Shown here one piece after another: positions 1-13,400 of a stretch of 64,000 bases of DNA. The DNA is from Yuukianura sp. NJ FZ-2021 (Eukaryota). The translations under genes were made by a program, and so were the position numbers. The stretch covers positions 6,882,001 to 6,946,000 of the forward strand of contig CM102283.1 in the NCBI GenBank assembly GCA_046563655.1. Reading direction: 5' to 3'. The notes beneath the pieces were generated by a model. That model was not told the origin of the DNA. It made no database searches and was given only the letters and a program-made list of their open reading frames with translations. How positions within the stretch are numbered: the stretch's first letter is position 1; each line of letters starts with the position of its first letter.

Positions 1-406
1 TCAAATTACAAATTAACAAAAAGTTCTAAACTGAATTTCATGATTTTCTTCAACAAAAGAAAGAAATTCTTGCAATAAAATAACGGAAATGAGGATTCAA
101 ATGGAACAATGAAAACTGTTTTTAACCAGATATGAACGTTTTTTTCCCGAAATTTCTTTTTTAAATTACAAAACCCACTATTTGAAAATTAAATATTGTG
201 ACCTTGACTTTCTTCCTAGCTTATTCAAATCGTGAATCGGAAATGTAACTAAAATTGTGACAAATTCACAATTAATTCAAATTGCTTTGCCAAAATTCAA
301 AAAATTGAAGTATATAAGTTCGCGACTCAAGTTGATTGGTTTACATCACACTAAAACATTCACAAAAATTCGTTTTTCTAACATCTGAAATTCAATACTA
401 AAGGAC

Positions 407-1393
407 ATGAGTTCCGTAATATTCCTTATTGTTGGCTTATTAAGTCTCTGCGTAAGTAAACTTCCATAGTACTACCTTTTTGTTGAACAATTTTGTATTG
501 AATTCTTAAAATTTAAAATTTTAGGGAATATGGCATGTTGATGCAAAAGATACGTCACGCATTACATGTCATGACGTTCCGCTAAACACTTCAACTGCGA
601 AGATGACCGAAATTGATACAGTTTGCTATGCCCAAATGAAGGAGAGGGACCCTAGCCTTCCAGCTCAACCGGCGGCGCCCGGTACTAAAGATGCTAAGAA
701 AGTTTGGAAACATCCGGTAAAATCACATTTAAAAACTTTTTTTTAAAACGTATTGATTATGTATCGGTGTCTTCAAGAATGTAATTGTTAATGATTTTTT
801 TTTGAAGTGCTTCAAGGCATGTCTTTTGGAAGTGATCGGAGTGGTAACGATTTGTATTAAAATTTTTTTTTCAATTTAGAAATAATTTTGAAATATTTAT
901 ATAAATTTTTTTTTTAAATTGTAGCTTACACCCACTGGAGCCTTTTCGCCTAATGCGACAGCTTATGTCAATGCAGTTTACCCTGCGTCTGCTGCACCCG
1001 CCATCATTAGTGGAGTTAAGGCATGCGCTACATGTAAGTTTTTAAATTTTGTGCAATACAAGAGACCGGAATTTTCAAAAAAAAAAAAATATGGCTACTC
1101 AAATTGTATATTTTTGTAGCTAATCCAGCTCTATCCAAAGACGACAACTGCTCCACCTACAAACCATTTTCTAAATGTTACAAGGAAGTTCTAAGAACGG
1201 TACGTAAATTGCCAACTACATATCGAATACATGTTTAAAACAAGGATTTGTTTAAGTTAGCATTCAGTTTCTTGGTTTTTTTTTTTTTTTATATGCATAG
1301 GTTTGTAAAGCCAAACCGACGGCGGCTAGGCGACGTAGAGCTGCTGGTGACCCGACTACGACACCTTCATCATCATCTGAAGAAGAAGATTAA
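407..1393 (+). CDS. Secreted odorant-binding-protein-like protein, 6 exons, ~184 aa
   Basis: Hand-spliced GT-AG exons 407-451, 525-716, 808-843, 925-1033, 1120-1199, 1301-1393 give one open frame. Signal peptide MSSVIFLIVGLLSLCG; Cys spacing C-X30-C-X3-C-X40-C-X12-C-X8-C (classic OBP) plus two extra Cys. Absent from the ORF track because the exons are short. Confidence 0.8.
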
Positions 1394-2618
1394 TTGACAA
1401 ATGGAAAAATGGAACTCGGTCATTGACCCCACTGACCTTGGAATTTACATCTTTACTCTCTGTACTACTTGACCTCTATTTTTCAATTTTCAAATAAAAC
1501 TTTCATTGCATGCAAGCTAAAAACTAAAACGCCCGCGGCCTTTGTATTTTTTTCTGAAATAGGCCAACCAAGTTTCCTGATTGACACACAATGTCGAATT
1601 TTCTGCAAATTGCACTTAACTTTTTATTATACGTTTCTTTCCCAATTTTTTGTTCCGAGGAGCATTTGATGACTTTTCTATAAGAATAGAACGACATTTT
1701 GATCTCACAGTTCTGGAGATGAGGCTAAAAAGCTCTAGTAAGCTGTACAAATTTTGTGTTTTTGATGCATGCGCTTCACGTTCTAAATTCTGGTGGATCT
1801 GGATGATCTCGGGAGTTTCATAAAGTGTTGTGTTCAAATCCAGCGTCAGTTTGAGTTCAGAAGGGGGCAGAAGTGGGGCGTGTGTAGTTGGTGGTTTAGT
1901 GTTTTAGGACTTTAGATTCGATTCATTAGTACAATTAATCGAAGTGAAAGAATGGTTAACTTCTAATTAATTGAAGGTGAAACTAACAATGCCAAAAATT
2001 TAGACACTAGATGTCTAGAACTGCAGAAACTACAATAGCTTTTAAGCTTCTGGACCAAGTTTCGCCATGCTAAAACTCAGGAACCTCAAATTCCTCAAAG
2101 TTGCAGTTTTAACGCATGGAACGTAGACTGTCAAAATGAATTTAATCCTTACGAAAGTTAAGTGTTAATTGTTTTGGTTACAAAAACGACGATTCGAGGA
2201 ATGATTTCGTAGGCTTATTTCAAAAAACGTGCGTTTTAGTTGGGCGCACAATAAGCATTTTTACTATGTGTTCCGCCCAGTTCCAACCGTTGTTAATTAC
2301 ATTTGAATCCGCTGGCGGGAGACTTAATTAGAATTTAATTTGCAAAATTTTAGAAAATTTATGTTAATTTCACCCAGGAAATTAGTGAATCCAGAATTCT
2401 TCAGTGACGTCGAAGTGTTATTCTTGTGTAGTTGTAGTATAAGGCACTTTTTGTCACTGACTGCCAATCACCGTCAATGTGTCACTTGTCTGTCACATGC
2501 TCCTTGGAACTTTTATTAATTTCATTGCTCCGATTTTTTCCAGTGACTGCTTTCCGGACGACATTAGTTACTCCCTTCATCGCCTAACTTACATTATTGT
2601 TGACACAGGGCTACTGTG

Positions 2619-2793
2619 GGTTCCATGTGATTTGGTCAGAAAGTGAAAAGATCAAAAGTGAAATGATCAGAAAAAAAAGGTCAGAAAAGGAAGGAACGTA
2701 ACCAAACCTAACCTTGGATCTTTTGAATTCTGACCTTTTCACTTCTGATCATTTCACTTCTGACCAAATATTTCTGACCATTTCACCTGCTAC
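2619..2793. mobile_element. Foldback MITE, Mutator-like
   Basis: 9-bp direct repeat GCTACTGTG at 2610-2618 and 2794-2802; arms built from GGTCAGAA/TTCTGACC inverted subrepeats around a central AACCTAACC. Confidence 0.7.
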
Positions 2794-4487
2794 GCTACTG
2801 TGTGTAGACATGGACACTCTCCTGGAAACTATCTTCAGGCTGCAATGACTCATTATTGTGGTTAAATGCAATTCGTCATATGCTCATCATCTGTAAGTCT
2901 GTGATCTTCTCTTAAGTACTAAAATTTAGTCGAGTTGTCATCATCATCGTCCAGTGTACTTCTGTTACGTCGGCAGATGCTCCTCACCTTTAATTAAAAA
3001 CTACTCCGGTTTCCAATAATACAATGAAGTGTTGCTGAGCTGTTTGTTAATAATAAAACTGGATTTGGCAAATTGACAATACATTAACACAATCAGCCTT
3101 GTGCAATCAGCAGTGTGAGTGTCGCGGGTGCATTACCTCTTCTGGGAAAGACTTGGCATCATCTTCCTTTTCTACAGTATCACAGTAAGATTTTTATTAT
3201 CTAGTAGTATTTGAAAATTTCATATAACAGTTGTGGTGCTAACCTAACTACTACTACATAGTTTATAACCAGTTTGCTAGTGACAGAAAACCCATTTTCG
3301 GGCTGCTACACAAGTGGAGTGAACTCTGTCGTGACCTTTTAGGCGTACTAAATTTTGTGTTCTCTCTTAAAAATGCATTCTCTTCACTTTTTGTTTTTTG
3401 ACAGGAGGGCTACGACTTGGGCAGGCTATTGGAAAACCCGTTTCTTGCCTAAGAAGTTTGTATTCATCCAGTGTGTCTCACAAAGTTGTAAAGGAATTTT
3501 TTGTGTAAGTTTGTGATTTTAAAGTGCTTATTCGGCTTCAGTCAGTCAATGCGTTTGTGTTTTCATTTGGCAATTTTTTTTTAACTTTACAGATTCTACG
3601 TTCCATGAAAGGTTTTCCAGCTGGACATGGTATTAAACTTTCACTTTCATATTCAATTCGTAAGCTATTCGTTTGTTTGTAGGAGAAATTTTATTTCGGT
3701 TTAGTGCCGGCCGACATCGACACGGCGAGTGAACCATTAATACATCAAGGTCTAAAAATAAAGTTGTTCATTTTGTGCCGTTATTCCCTTGTGGAACGGA
3801 ATCAAAATGAATGGAAACACTTCAGAAGAAAGCAACAAGCTGCTAAACCGTAAACAAAAAATGCGAAAAATTCCAGATCCCTGCAAAAATAAAAGGGAGC
3901 ATAAATCTCTGCCACATTTTGGGCGGAAGAAAATTGCATAGCCATCCATGTCCTCCTGATTTTCAATTCTCCAACTGAAGCGTAGCTTGCTAATTTTGAT
4001 TTTGCTTGATTTATGTTTAAAAACATGCCGGCGTGACAGTATGACAAGATTTAAGATTCTATATTATAATATGTATTTGCTCATTTGCGTAGTTCTTTGA
4101 TTAATGATTAATGTTTACTTGAATTTATTAACGGTAAAATGGTAAATAACTGAGTTTTTAAAATCACATTATCTTGTTTATATTCCAGTGCCTGAAACAA
4201 CGTGGACAATCGCTATAACCTGCACTGCCTGTTATATCCACTTAAGCAGACTCAGCACGATTAGTACTGGACACTGGAAGTCTAAATGTTTGGCTACTCA
4301 AATGAAGTAGACTTCTTATCACCTTGGCCGGCCAACCTCTTGGTCTTGCTTCAGCTACTGACAAGTGACATAACCAAAACGAGGCTATAAGTGAGTTTTA
4401 ATCAAGGTTCAACAGTAACATCTTGGTTCTGGAAAAACAGAATTTAAAACTGCTTTTGTGGTTAAGGTATTATCCAGGTTGGAAATA

Positions 4488-7400
4488 ATGGCAACGACAG
4501 CCAATGCCTGGTTAGCCACATTACTTCTCCGCCTAGTCTATCCAATCGTGTTAATAGCAGGTGAGTTTGAACACTTTACTTGTAAGTAGTTAGTAGCTAA
4601 TTGCTGTGACCTTTGAATTGAAATTTAACCTTATGCTGGTTGTGACACGCAACGATTTCTCATGACTCCTGGAGTGTTGCAGTTCGTGCTCGGCACATGA
4701 CGCTGTTATTTCCGTTTTCTGTTTTTCAGAAAAGCTAGAGAGAGCAACAAGGTTATAAATTATGGACCACTTTTAACACAAGGAGAACCTTGTCACCGGA
4801 ATTTATTGCTCAATTCTTGTTATATTTTTGTCGAGAAATGTAACTTATAGGGGGCGTCTGTTTTTGTTTTTTTTAAACTAGTTAAGCTGTATAGATTTCA
4901 TGATTTTTCATTTTTACTGACCCGTAAAATGACCGCTAAAAATTAAAACATTTTAAAAACTCGTAAAAAGCGGAGAAACAGGAAGTTAAAAGGTTGTGGT
5001 TAGAAGAATTTGCGCTTCGTCAGCAACTTACAAAATTGCGGATGCTTTTACGAATGTATTTGTGCTTGATGTTGAAATTTGGCAGTTTGGCATTGATTGG
5101 CATCGTTGATCTTTGCAGTATTTAGCGTTGCGAAATCACAGCGTGACGTGATACGTTTTTGAGGCAAATCAGGAACAGTAGCGCGTATCTTCCTTTTAGT
5201 GGGTTAGATTTTTTTTTTGAAAAACCTAGTAAACGACGGTCAGAAAAATGGAATGATAGTAATTGTTATGTTATCCGCGTAGGTTAGGTTTGGTGTTGAC
5301 GGAAGACAATTACATTAGGAGTTCATTTCGGAAACATTAGGGAGAAAGTATCATTTTTATCAAGGGCTCAGATTCCAGCCTCGCAACTTTCACCACGCTA
5401 CGCTCTTGATGCTTCTATAACATTTGAACGCCCTTTCACTTTCTCCCCCACTATGTTTTTACCCTTTAGAAAGTTTTTTGGAGTTCAAAGACCGACGCTT
5501 CAGCGATTTCGTCTAAATCCATCATCATTTTGCTTTTTAAGTTCAGGTTTTCGTAAACTGATGAGTGATTTTTATAACTTTTTTTCTCTCGTTTTTCAGG
5601 AACGGTATTTAGACCTTCAGGAATTTCGTTTTTGTATTTGGTTCTGTTTCTCTACTTGCCATTTGTACCAGTACCAACCAAAATCAGCTTAAGAGGTAAA
5701 TCATAAACATCAATTAAGTTGGAAATTTTTTAGATTTTAGAAGGTTAATCCAAAATTTTGATTTTTTTTAAGGACACACTGGTCGATATTTGAAATGTTG
5801 TCTTCTCATCGCCTTTCTTACTGTTACTTCCCAAATGATTTTTCAAATTATACTCGTCGCTCTAACGCCATACGGAGGATTTTTAGCGACATGTAAGCTC
5901 TCAAAACGAAAAAAAAATCAAAAAATTTTGTTTAAACACGCCAGTTTTTTTGGAAATGCTAAGTTTTTTTTTTGTTTTTAGGCGAGCTTACCGAGAAACT
6001 TCTGCGACAATTTGGCCTCGTCCGTCTCAATGCACTCAATTGGGTTCAACTGATACGCTGGTTGGGTCCCGACTGTGCAATGCTCGTTGGCACTCTAGTC
6101 ACTTACCTTGTGATCAACAATATTTTGGACACTGGTGGCTCCGCCCCTCTGAGTCCACTGCCCGGAAGTGCACCAACTCCTGCCATTCCGTCCAGACCAA
6201 AGAGGCCTGGAAAGGGGTCACGGTTACTGGCACTCGTAGGCCCATACGCAGTTCTGGCCAGTCTCTGCATCACTTCGTCACTTGAGCCTTCCATTCCAAG
6301 TTCTTTCTACTACTTGGTGTTTCTGCTGGGAGCAACATGGTGGGCCATGGGTCAGAGCATCAGAACTCGGTTCTTTGCAGTTCTGTTTGCCCTTGTATCA
6401 ATGTTTGTCGTGGTTCATGTTACGGGTATCTATTTCTACCAATTTGAACTGGCTCAGGAGTTGCTAGCTGCACAGAGTCTGGAAGCTAGGTGAGGAAGCA
6501 TTCTAGTATTTACTTCACATTTTTCAGAAACGATGATTCATGGTGACATTGGATTGACATTTATGTTGTGTTGCAGACTACTTGGACTTGTTCCATTGTT
6601 GCTTACTAACTGTACAGGAGATCCACGAATCTCGATATTTAACCCTGAACTGTCATGGAATTCCTTTGTAAGTCCACTATGTCTCATGGCAATGTTCCAT
6701 CTACTGATCTACGAAATCAAGACTTTGCTCAAGCCACAGGTACTGCCAAAATTTTGAAATTGTCCTGAAATTAACTTTCATAATTTTAGTAACTGATAGA
6801 AAATAAGTGGTGGTGGGCATCGTGATGAGCACTTTGAGCATTAACTTCCAATACTTTCCAATTTTGACTAACTTTTGCTAAAGATATGGGATGGATTTGG
6901 TGCTGGTGAACTTTCACTAATAATCTTCTGCCTAAATGTCTCTCGTTTTCCATTTGACCTTTCAAATTTATTCCTTTTCTACCGGGAATTTTGAAAATAG
7001 CTCGTAAAATTTGGTTAGTAATGAATGACCTTTTCATTTCCGCTGAAAAGCTCTTGCGTGTAGCTCATTTTTGGAATGGAGGAAGCGTTTTTACGAGAGG
7101 AAGTGACCTAATTACTGTAACCAAGTAACTAACTGTTGCGTTTGACTCATTGGGTTAATTAGTATTGGGAATTGGGACTTGGTTACAGCATTTTTTGGGG
7201 AAATGCTGGGCTGGAGAATAATAATTTTCAAAATTTTATTAACAATTTCTCATTGGGGAAATTTTTATTGCTGCCATTTGCTAAACGATGAGCTAGAAGT
7301 ACTATGCTAGCATTATTGGAGAAGATCATCGGAGAATATCGAGTAGCGGATTGAGTGACAGGCAGCATCGCCTGTCCCGAAGACAAACTGTGAGATGGCA

Positions 7401-10400
7401 GTCGGGGTCACAAGGTCAAGGCCCGCCGAAGTCATCACGACGCGTAAAGAAATTCTGCTAGAATTTCTGTTCGTTCATTTTGAATTTTAAGTTCGGTGGC
7501 AGCAGCAAAATGAGCTTTTTAAAACTCAGCATGCGATTTCTCTTGAAAATTTTTGCATACTTTTAAATCAGACTTTTAGTTTTTAGTTTTACTTTTAATT
7601 TGCGTTTTGATTTGAAATGTGTTATTTGATCAGTTTTTTTTTGTTATTGGCCTGTTGATTTCGTATAGGATCTGAAGAAACTTAAATCCCGTATTGTGCC
7701 GAGTTCATTTACTAATTCCATAGCTTCTGCGGTGACCTCAATTAAATTTCCGAGTCGTCAAAATGGGCAAAATGAGACAACGCCTGTAATTACCTTAATA
7801 ATATTTTATCTTTAACTTTTGGTGGTGATTGGTGTTTTTTTTTCTTCTTACAAGGGATCACTGTATTTGTGCCGGAGACATTTTGAGGATAGTTGTAGAT
7901 GATTCTCTTCCTGTTTTTGTCGTTATGTAACTTTATCATGCTAAAACTTCGTAAATTGCGTAAATTTTTTTTTCGTCAATTTTGAAAATAATGTCGTACT
8001 GTTCATTGTTCCCAGGAAATGTGAAGTCGTCATGATATCTCATTTTCATAGTCAGAAATTTGTAAATTCTGGGACCATTACTGTCTCGTTAGGTTTTTTC
8101 TTTTTTTGTAATTTACACCGTGTTTGTCCTGTACGATTTTTGTTTTGTTGAGAAAAACAATCTTGAAATTTAGGGCATTGAAATCGAAATTGTGTAATTT
8201 TATCACTTCCCAGAATTTCACTTGTCAAAAATTGCTTTGGGTGTTTTTTGTTTTGCATAGTTGTCAAAATTTATGATGCTTTGTGCTTTTTTAAAAAATA
8301 TTTTTTTATGAGAATTTGGCTTGATGTAATTTTTGCTGGTTTTAATTTTTCAGCTACTGGCATATGCTCCAGCGAGACGTCGGTACAGTTCTGCAGGACG
8401 GCAGTATTCTTCAGAGGATGGTGTCGGAATGGCGCCTGACCTTCAGGAGACGTCGCTTGGTGGAAGAGATTCTGCTGTGAACATGAATCCACGCGTACTG
8501 ACGCGTGGTGTATCTGTTATGTCCAGGGATTCTGGAAGAGTGGCTTCCAGTCTCTCACCAAGTTAGACAAATTCTGTCAAGAATCGTTTTTGTTGAGATT
8601 TTTAAAACGGAGTTTTCATTTTATGATTTTTCAGATGATGCACAAGAACAAGAGTACGACGGATACGGACTTCTGCTGGCTGGTCTGTTCACTCTGTTTG
8701 ACTTATTTGCCAAGTCGTCTTATGTTGCTACAAACATTATCATGATGGTAAGAAAGCTGTTTTGATTTTAAAGTTTAAACATATTTTATTTATTTATGTA
8801 TTCATTTATGTATTATATTTTAATTTGGTTTTAGGCCTGGAGTATAACTTACCACAGTTGGCTGACGTTCGTTCTCCTCCTCTGGGCCTGCGTGTTGTGG
8901 ATGTTTCCAAATCAGCGCAGGGCAATGCTAGTGTCGTCTCCTGGACTTGTAATTTACGCCGAGTTTCTGCTGCTGGCTCAATACATATTCAGCCTCAATC
9001 TCACTGACGAAGAGCTACCACAGCAGGTTGATGGAATCGACTTGGGACAAGTTGGACTTGTCAAGCCAGTGACGAATGCGTACTTGCCAATTTTAGTCAA
9101 AGTAAGATCCTAATGATAGTAATTTACGGACTGATTCAAATCTCAAAAATATTTTGAGGTTGTTAATTGAATTTTTTGTTGGCTTTTCAGTCGCTTTATA
9201 CTTGTATGTTTTGGATTACACTGAAACAATTTGTGATGGAGCTGAAGGAGAAGAAGGCGACAATTCAAAATGCTGCCCAAGAACCTTTCAGAATCACCGT
9301 GAGCACAGCAGGAGGAAGCACGGGGCCCGTCTCCGGTAATTTTGTTTCTGACTCAGCATGCATGTGATTTTTTTTAGAATTGGAATGACGATATGTTTGT
9401 ATTGTGTTGCTCTCAGAATTAAAGGCTGGACGTACTGGCCCAGCGAGACCAACGTATATGATGAAAATTGGAACATTCGTGCAAGACATTATGACGAAGT
9501 TTTGGATTTGGGTTGTGGCTATTATGCTGTTCGTCATTGGTCTTGGAGGGGACAAAGTGGTGTTGTACCGAATCGTGTACATGGCGCTGTTTCTTATTTT
9601 TATTCTTACATTCCAGGTAAGATTGATCAATTCAATCCAATTCGTACAAAAAAAAAGTTTTTTTTTGTTGCCAATGTTGCAGTTGTCGTACCGCGTCTGG
9701 AGGAAAATGATGTATGGATTCTGGCTTACCGTGATCGTCTACTCTATGCTAGTGCTTGTCATGATCTACACGTACCAGTTCAAAAACATTCCCGAATATC
9801 TTTCAAATTATACGGGAATACCTACACAATTGTATGAAAAGCAGTTTTAATTCTAAAAATTATGAAGTGACGAGATTTTGACGATGATGTTGGATTTTTC
9901 TCAGGCAAACAGATATTGGACTGGAGATTTACGACACGAGTTCCCTGTTTGTGCGCTTGCTCACACCAACATTCTTTGTTGTCATCACCGTCGTACAACT
10001 CCATTACTTTCACAAAGATTTTCTCAAGTTGTCAGAAATGTCGAAACCGTAAGACTGTTTGAAAAATTAAAAAATTCAAAATTCAAGTTTAAGTTTTTAA
10101 GAACCTTTACTTTTTCCGAATTGCAGGCAAGAGCGGAAGAAGTCAGTGAGTCCGATCCCGTCAACAGATGAAGAGCCACCTCCACTAATTGATGATTTCA
10201 CATTTGCCAATTTGTTAAAAAATGTCACGTACTATGGCGTCATTGTGTTTGAACATTCGCTGAAGGTTTATGCCCTAGTATCAGAAATCGGTTGGAGGTT
10301 TCTGGAAATCCATATCATGAAAATCGTACTCTTCTCGGCTTATATGCTCAGCGTTTATGACGTAATTCAAAATCTATGTAAACTTAAGGATACATCTAAG

Positions 10401-13400
10401 TTGAAGTTAATTAACTTGTATTTGATTGATGTTGTTTTCCAGAGTTGTGCAATTCACTTTGTGCTGTTCGTTGGTGTGATTTGTGCAATGGCTGTGACGT
10501 CCGTACGAATCCAGCGCCTGATTACCCATATTTGTTCTATTTACATTTCTGGACTTCTCCTGACAAAAATGATTTACCAAATTGACTACATCAATCACGA
10601 GCAATGGACAACAAATTGTACTGTTGGTGGAGAAAATGTAACGAGAAACGATGCTGTCTGGGTCGGATTGACAAAAACAAATCATTTGTCATCTTTGCTC
10701 ACGGGCTACGTTGGTAAAAAAAAGAAACAATAATCACACTTTTTTAATGTTTTATGCTTATTTTTTATGCATGTTTTATGTTTTTTTGTTTCGTTTGTCC
10801 AGGAATGATTTTGGTCCTGACAGTACAGGCTGTGGTGCACATTCGACAGAGATATCAGCGTTACATGACCCGCATGCTGGAACCGGTCGTGGGCATTCTG
10901 TTTCCGAAAATTACAAGATACGATGCAGACAAAAGCATTCTGGATTGCGTCAAATTTTTACTCAACTACGGGTTTTACAAGTTTGGTGTTGAGGTGAAGC
11001 CTTTGACCTTTGAACGTATGCAGTTTTCTTTAAAACAGAAAGTATCGATTAACGTTTCATATTTCGGTTTCAGATTACGCTAGTGACGATGGTTGTTGTC
11101 ATTGGGACGAGGCTGGACGCTTTTTCAGTGCTGTATTCGTTTTGGCTCATTCCGATGTTTCTTATGAGCCGAGTGCGGCTGGGACGCATTTGGCTTCCAT
11201 TTATTGCTTTCGTTACAGTTTTGCTGCCAATTCAGTACATGTCGTGCGTTGGACTGCCTCCATTCATATGTCCAGGTACTTAAAAACGCACAAAAGTCAT
11301 GGAAGATGGAAAGTTCTAAGGGCAAGGTCAACTTTAATTTTGTATTCATGTTTTTGTGATTGACTTGCCTGTTTTTTTTTAATTTGTTGTTTCGTGTCAG
11401 AATATCCCTGGGAATCGTGGCCATATTTCAACCTTGTTGAGCTGAAGCAATGGCTCTTCTTGCCGGATATTCTTGTCCCACCGAAAGCCACGCGACTCAT
11501 TCGTAAGCCACATGAGAGATTGCAATCAAGATTAAAATTGCTCGACACCCACAGGAACTCTAATGTGACTCATTTGAGAACTTGATTTGTTTTAATTATT
11601 GTTTCCAGCGGACTTCTTTCTTCTACTTTTTGCATGCCAGCAACAGGCGGTGTTCTGGATTGAAAAGAACATTCGTCAAGATGACTTCCCGGGTGGAAGT
11701 AATCAAGAACTGAGCGAAATGTACATTCCACCTAGTGAGAACCCAACACCCGACTTCCTAATGGCCACCAAGTAAGGATTTCTGGACATGATGAATTGGA
11801 ATATAGCGTTTTTGAAATTTTGAAAAATTGTAATTTTAAATTGTTCGATTTTTCTCTAATGAAGGACGTGGCTAGATGTGATCAAAAAGTGTGTTTTTCT
11901 GTCCTTCTACTGGATTACACTTGCCATAATTTTCTTGACGGGAACAAATCGTGTGAATCTCTTCGCTTTAGGATACTTGGTTGGATCGTTCATTTTTCTG
12001 TGGGAAGGAAACGAGTTTTACTTACGTTCAAAAAGAGAGATTATCTCCAGGTCAGGTTTTCAAAATTATTTTCAAAAATTGTAACAATTTGTATCCAATT
12101 TTTTGAATTTTGATTCTTATTTTTTACAGGTGGAATTATTTGATAGCTTTCAATGTTTTCGTTGTGTTTTCCAAATCGATTCTTCAACTAGTCGGCTGCG
12201 TTTTCTCAGCTTCAACGTCATGTTGGGTAGTGCAACTCCTTGGAATTGCTTGTCTGAAATTTGCAGGCGATACAACTAGTAAGTCTAAGATGCTGAAGTA
12301 ACTTTTTTTTTCTGTCAGAATGTATTGAATAGCAAGTATTTCATTCATTTCAGGCGCTTCCAGCGATACTTGTCCAGCACCCCAGGGAGAAGCTGGTTTA
12401 ATGTGGGACGGAATTACTTTTGGATTCCTTCTGTTTCAACGCAAGATTTTCAACAGCTACTACTTTTTCCATATCCGATCTGAAACTGAAGCTCAGGCTC
12501 AGTTAGCTTCAAGAGGAGCGGAATTGATTGGTGAACTAATGCAGAAACAAATCAAGCAGCAAGAGGAACAGGAGAAAGACGTTTTGGAAAAAATTAAGAC
12601 CAAGATGGACAGAATCAAAGCTACGCATCAGAAAGGACGACCAAAGGAAATCCTTAACAATCATTTCGATGGTGAGTTTGATTTTGGTCTAAAATGGATT
12701 TCTGAAAAGTGAATTTTGAATTTTTGTCTTTTTGGAAATGTTCTAATTGATGTTGATTGTTGTGCCAAAAATGGGATCAAAACGAGGGTGCAAAAGATTT
12801 AGGCGTAAAGGTAACAAATTGGTTAGAACGTCGACTTCCATTTTTCGTTGACAAAGCGGCTGAAATTTTTTCTAAAAATGGCAAATGAATTGCTAACATT
12901 TTTTTTTGAAAAGTTGATTCCAGTGTCAGGACTGTTAAAAATTGTAACTTTTAACAGCGCACGATTACAAAGTATTGAATTGGAGCATGAAATGAATGTT
13001 TCATTGAAAATGTTCCGTCCTATATTGGTATAACTTGCACGTTGATGTTGACGTTTGTTTAGCTTCTTCTATGGTATCGTCTGTGTCAATGGATGAAGCA
13101 CCTATTATTGAACCAGATCCACCTCCATCACCAAGAGCTCCACTGGCAGTACAAATTTCTACTGTCATTACGTCTGGAAGTGGCCCAACACCAACGCCAT
13201 CTTCGGCTGCAATGACTCTGTCCGTGGACGGATTCTTTGAGCCACCTTATGGAAGAGCCTATGACCAGCGATATGCCCTCCTCCAACCCCCGCCACTTCC
13301 CCTATCACCTTCTGATGAATCGTTTCCTGTATTTTCACCACCACCGTATGATCATGCTACGATGGGCAGAGAGCGCATGACGACTGCTGGTGTCCAAACG

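Noticed and set aside
1616-1900. Possible small minus-strand gene
   Set aside because: No ATG or splice structure that I could join; no recognisable motif.
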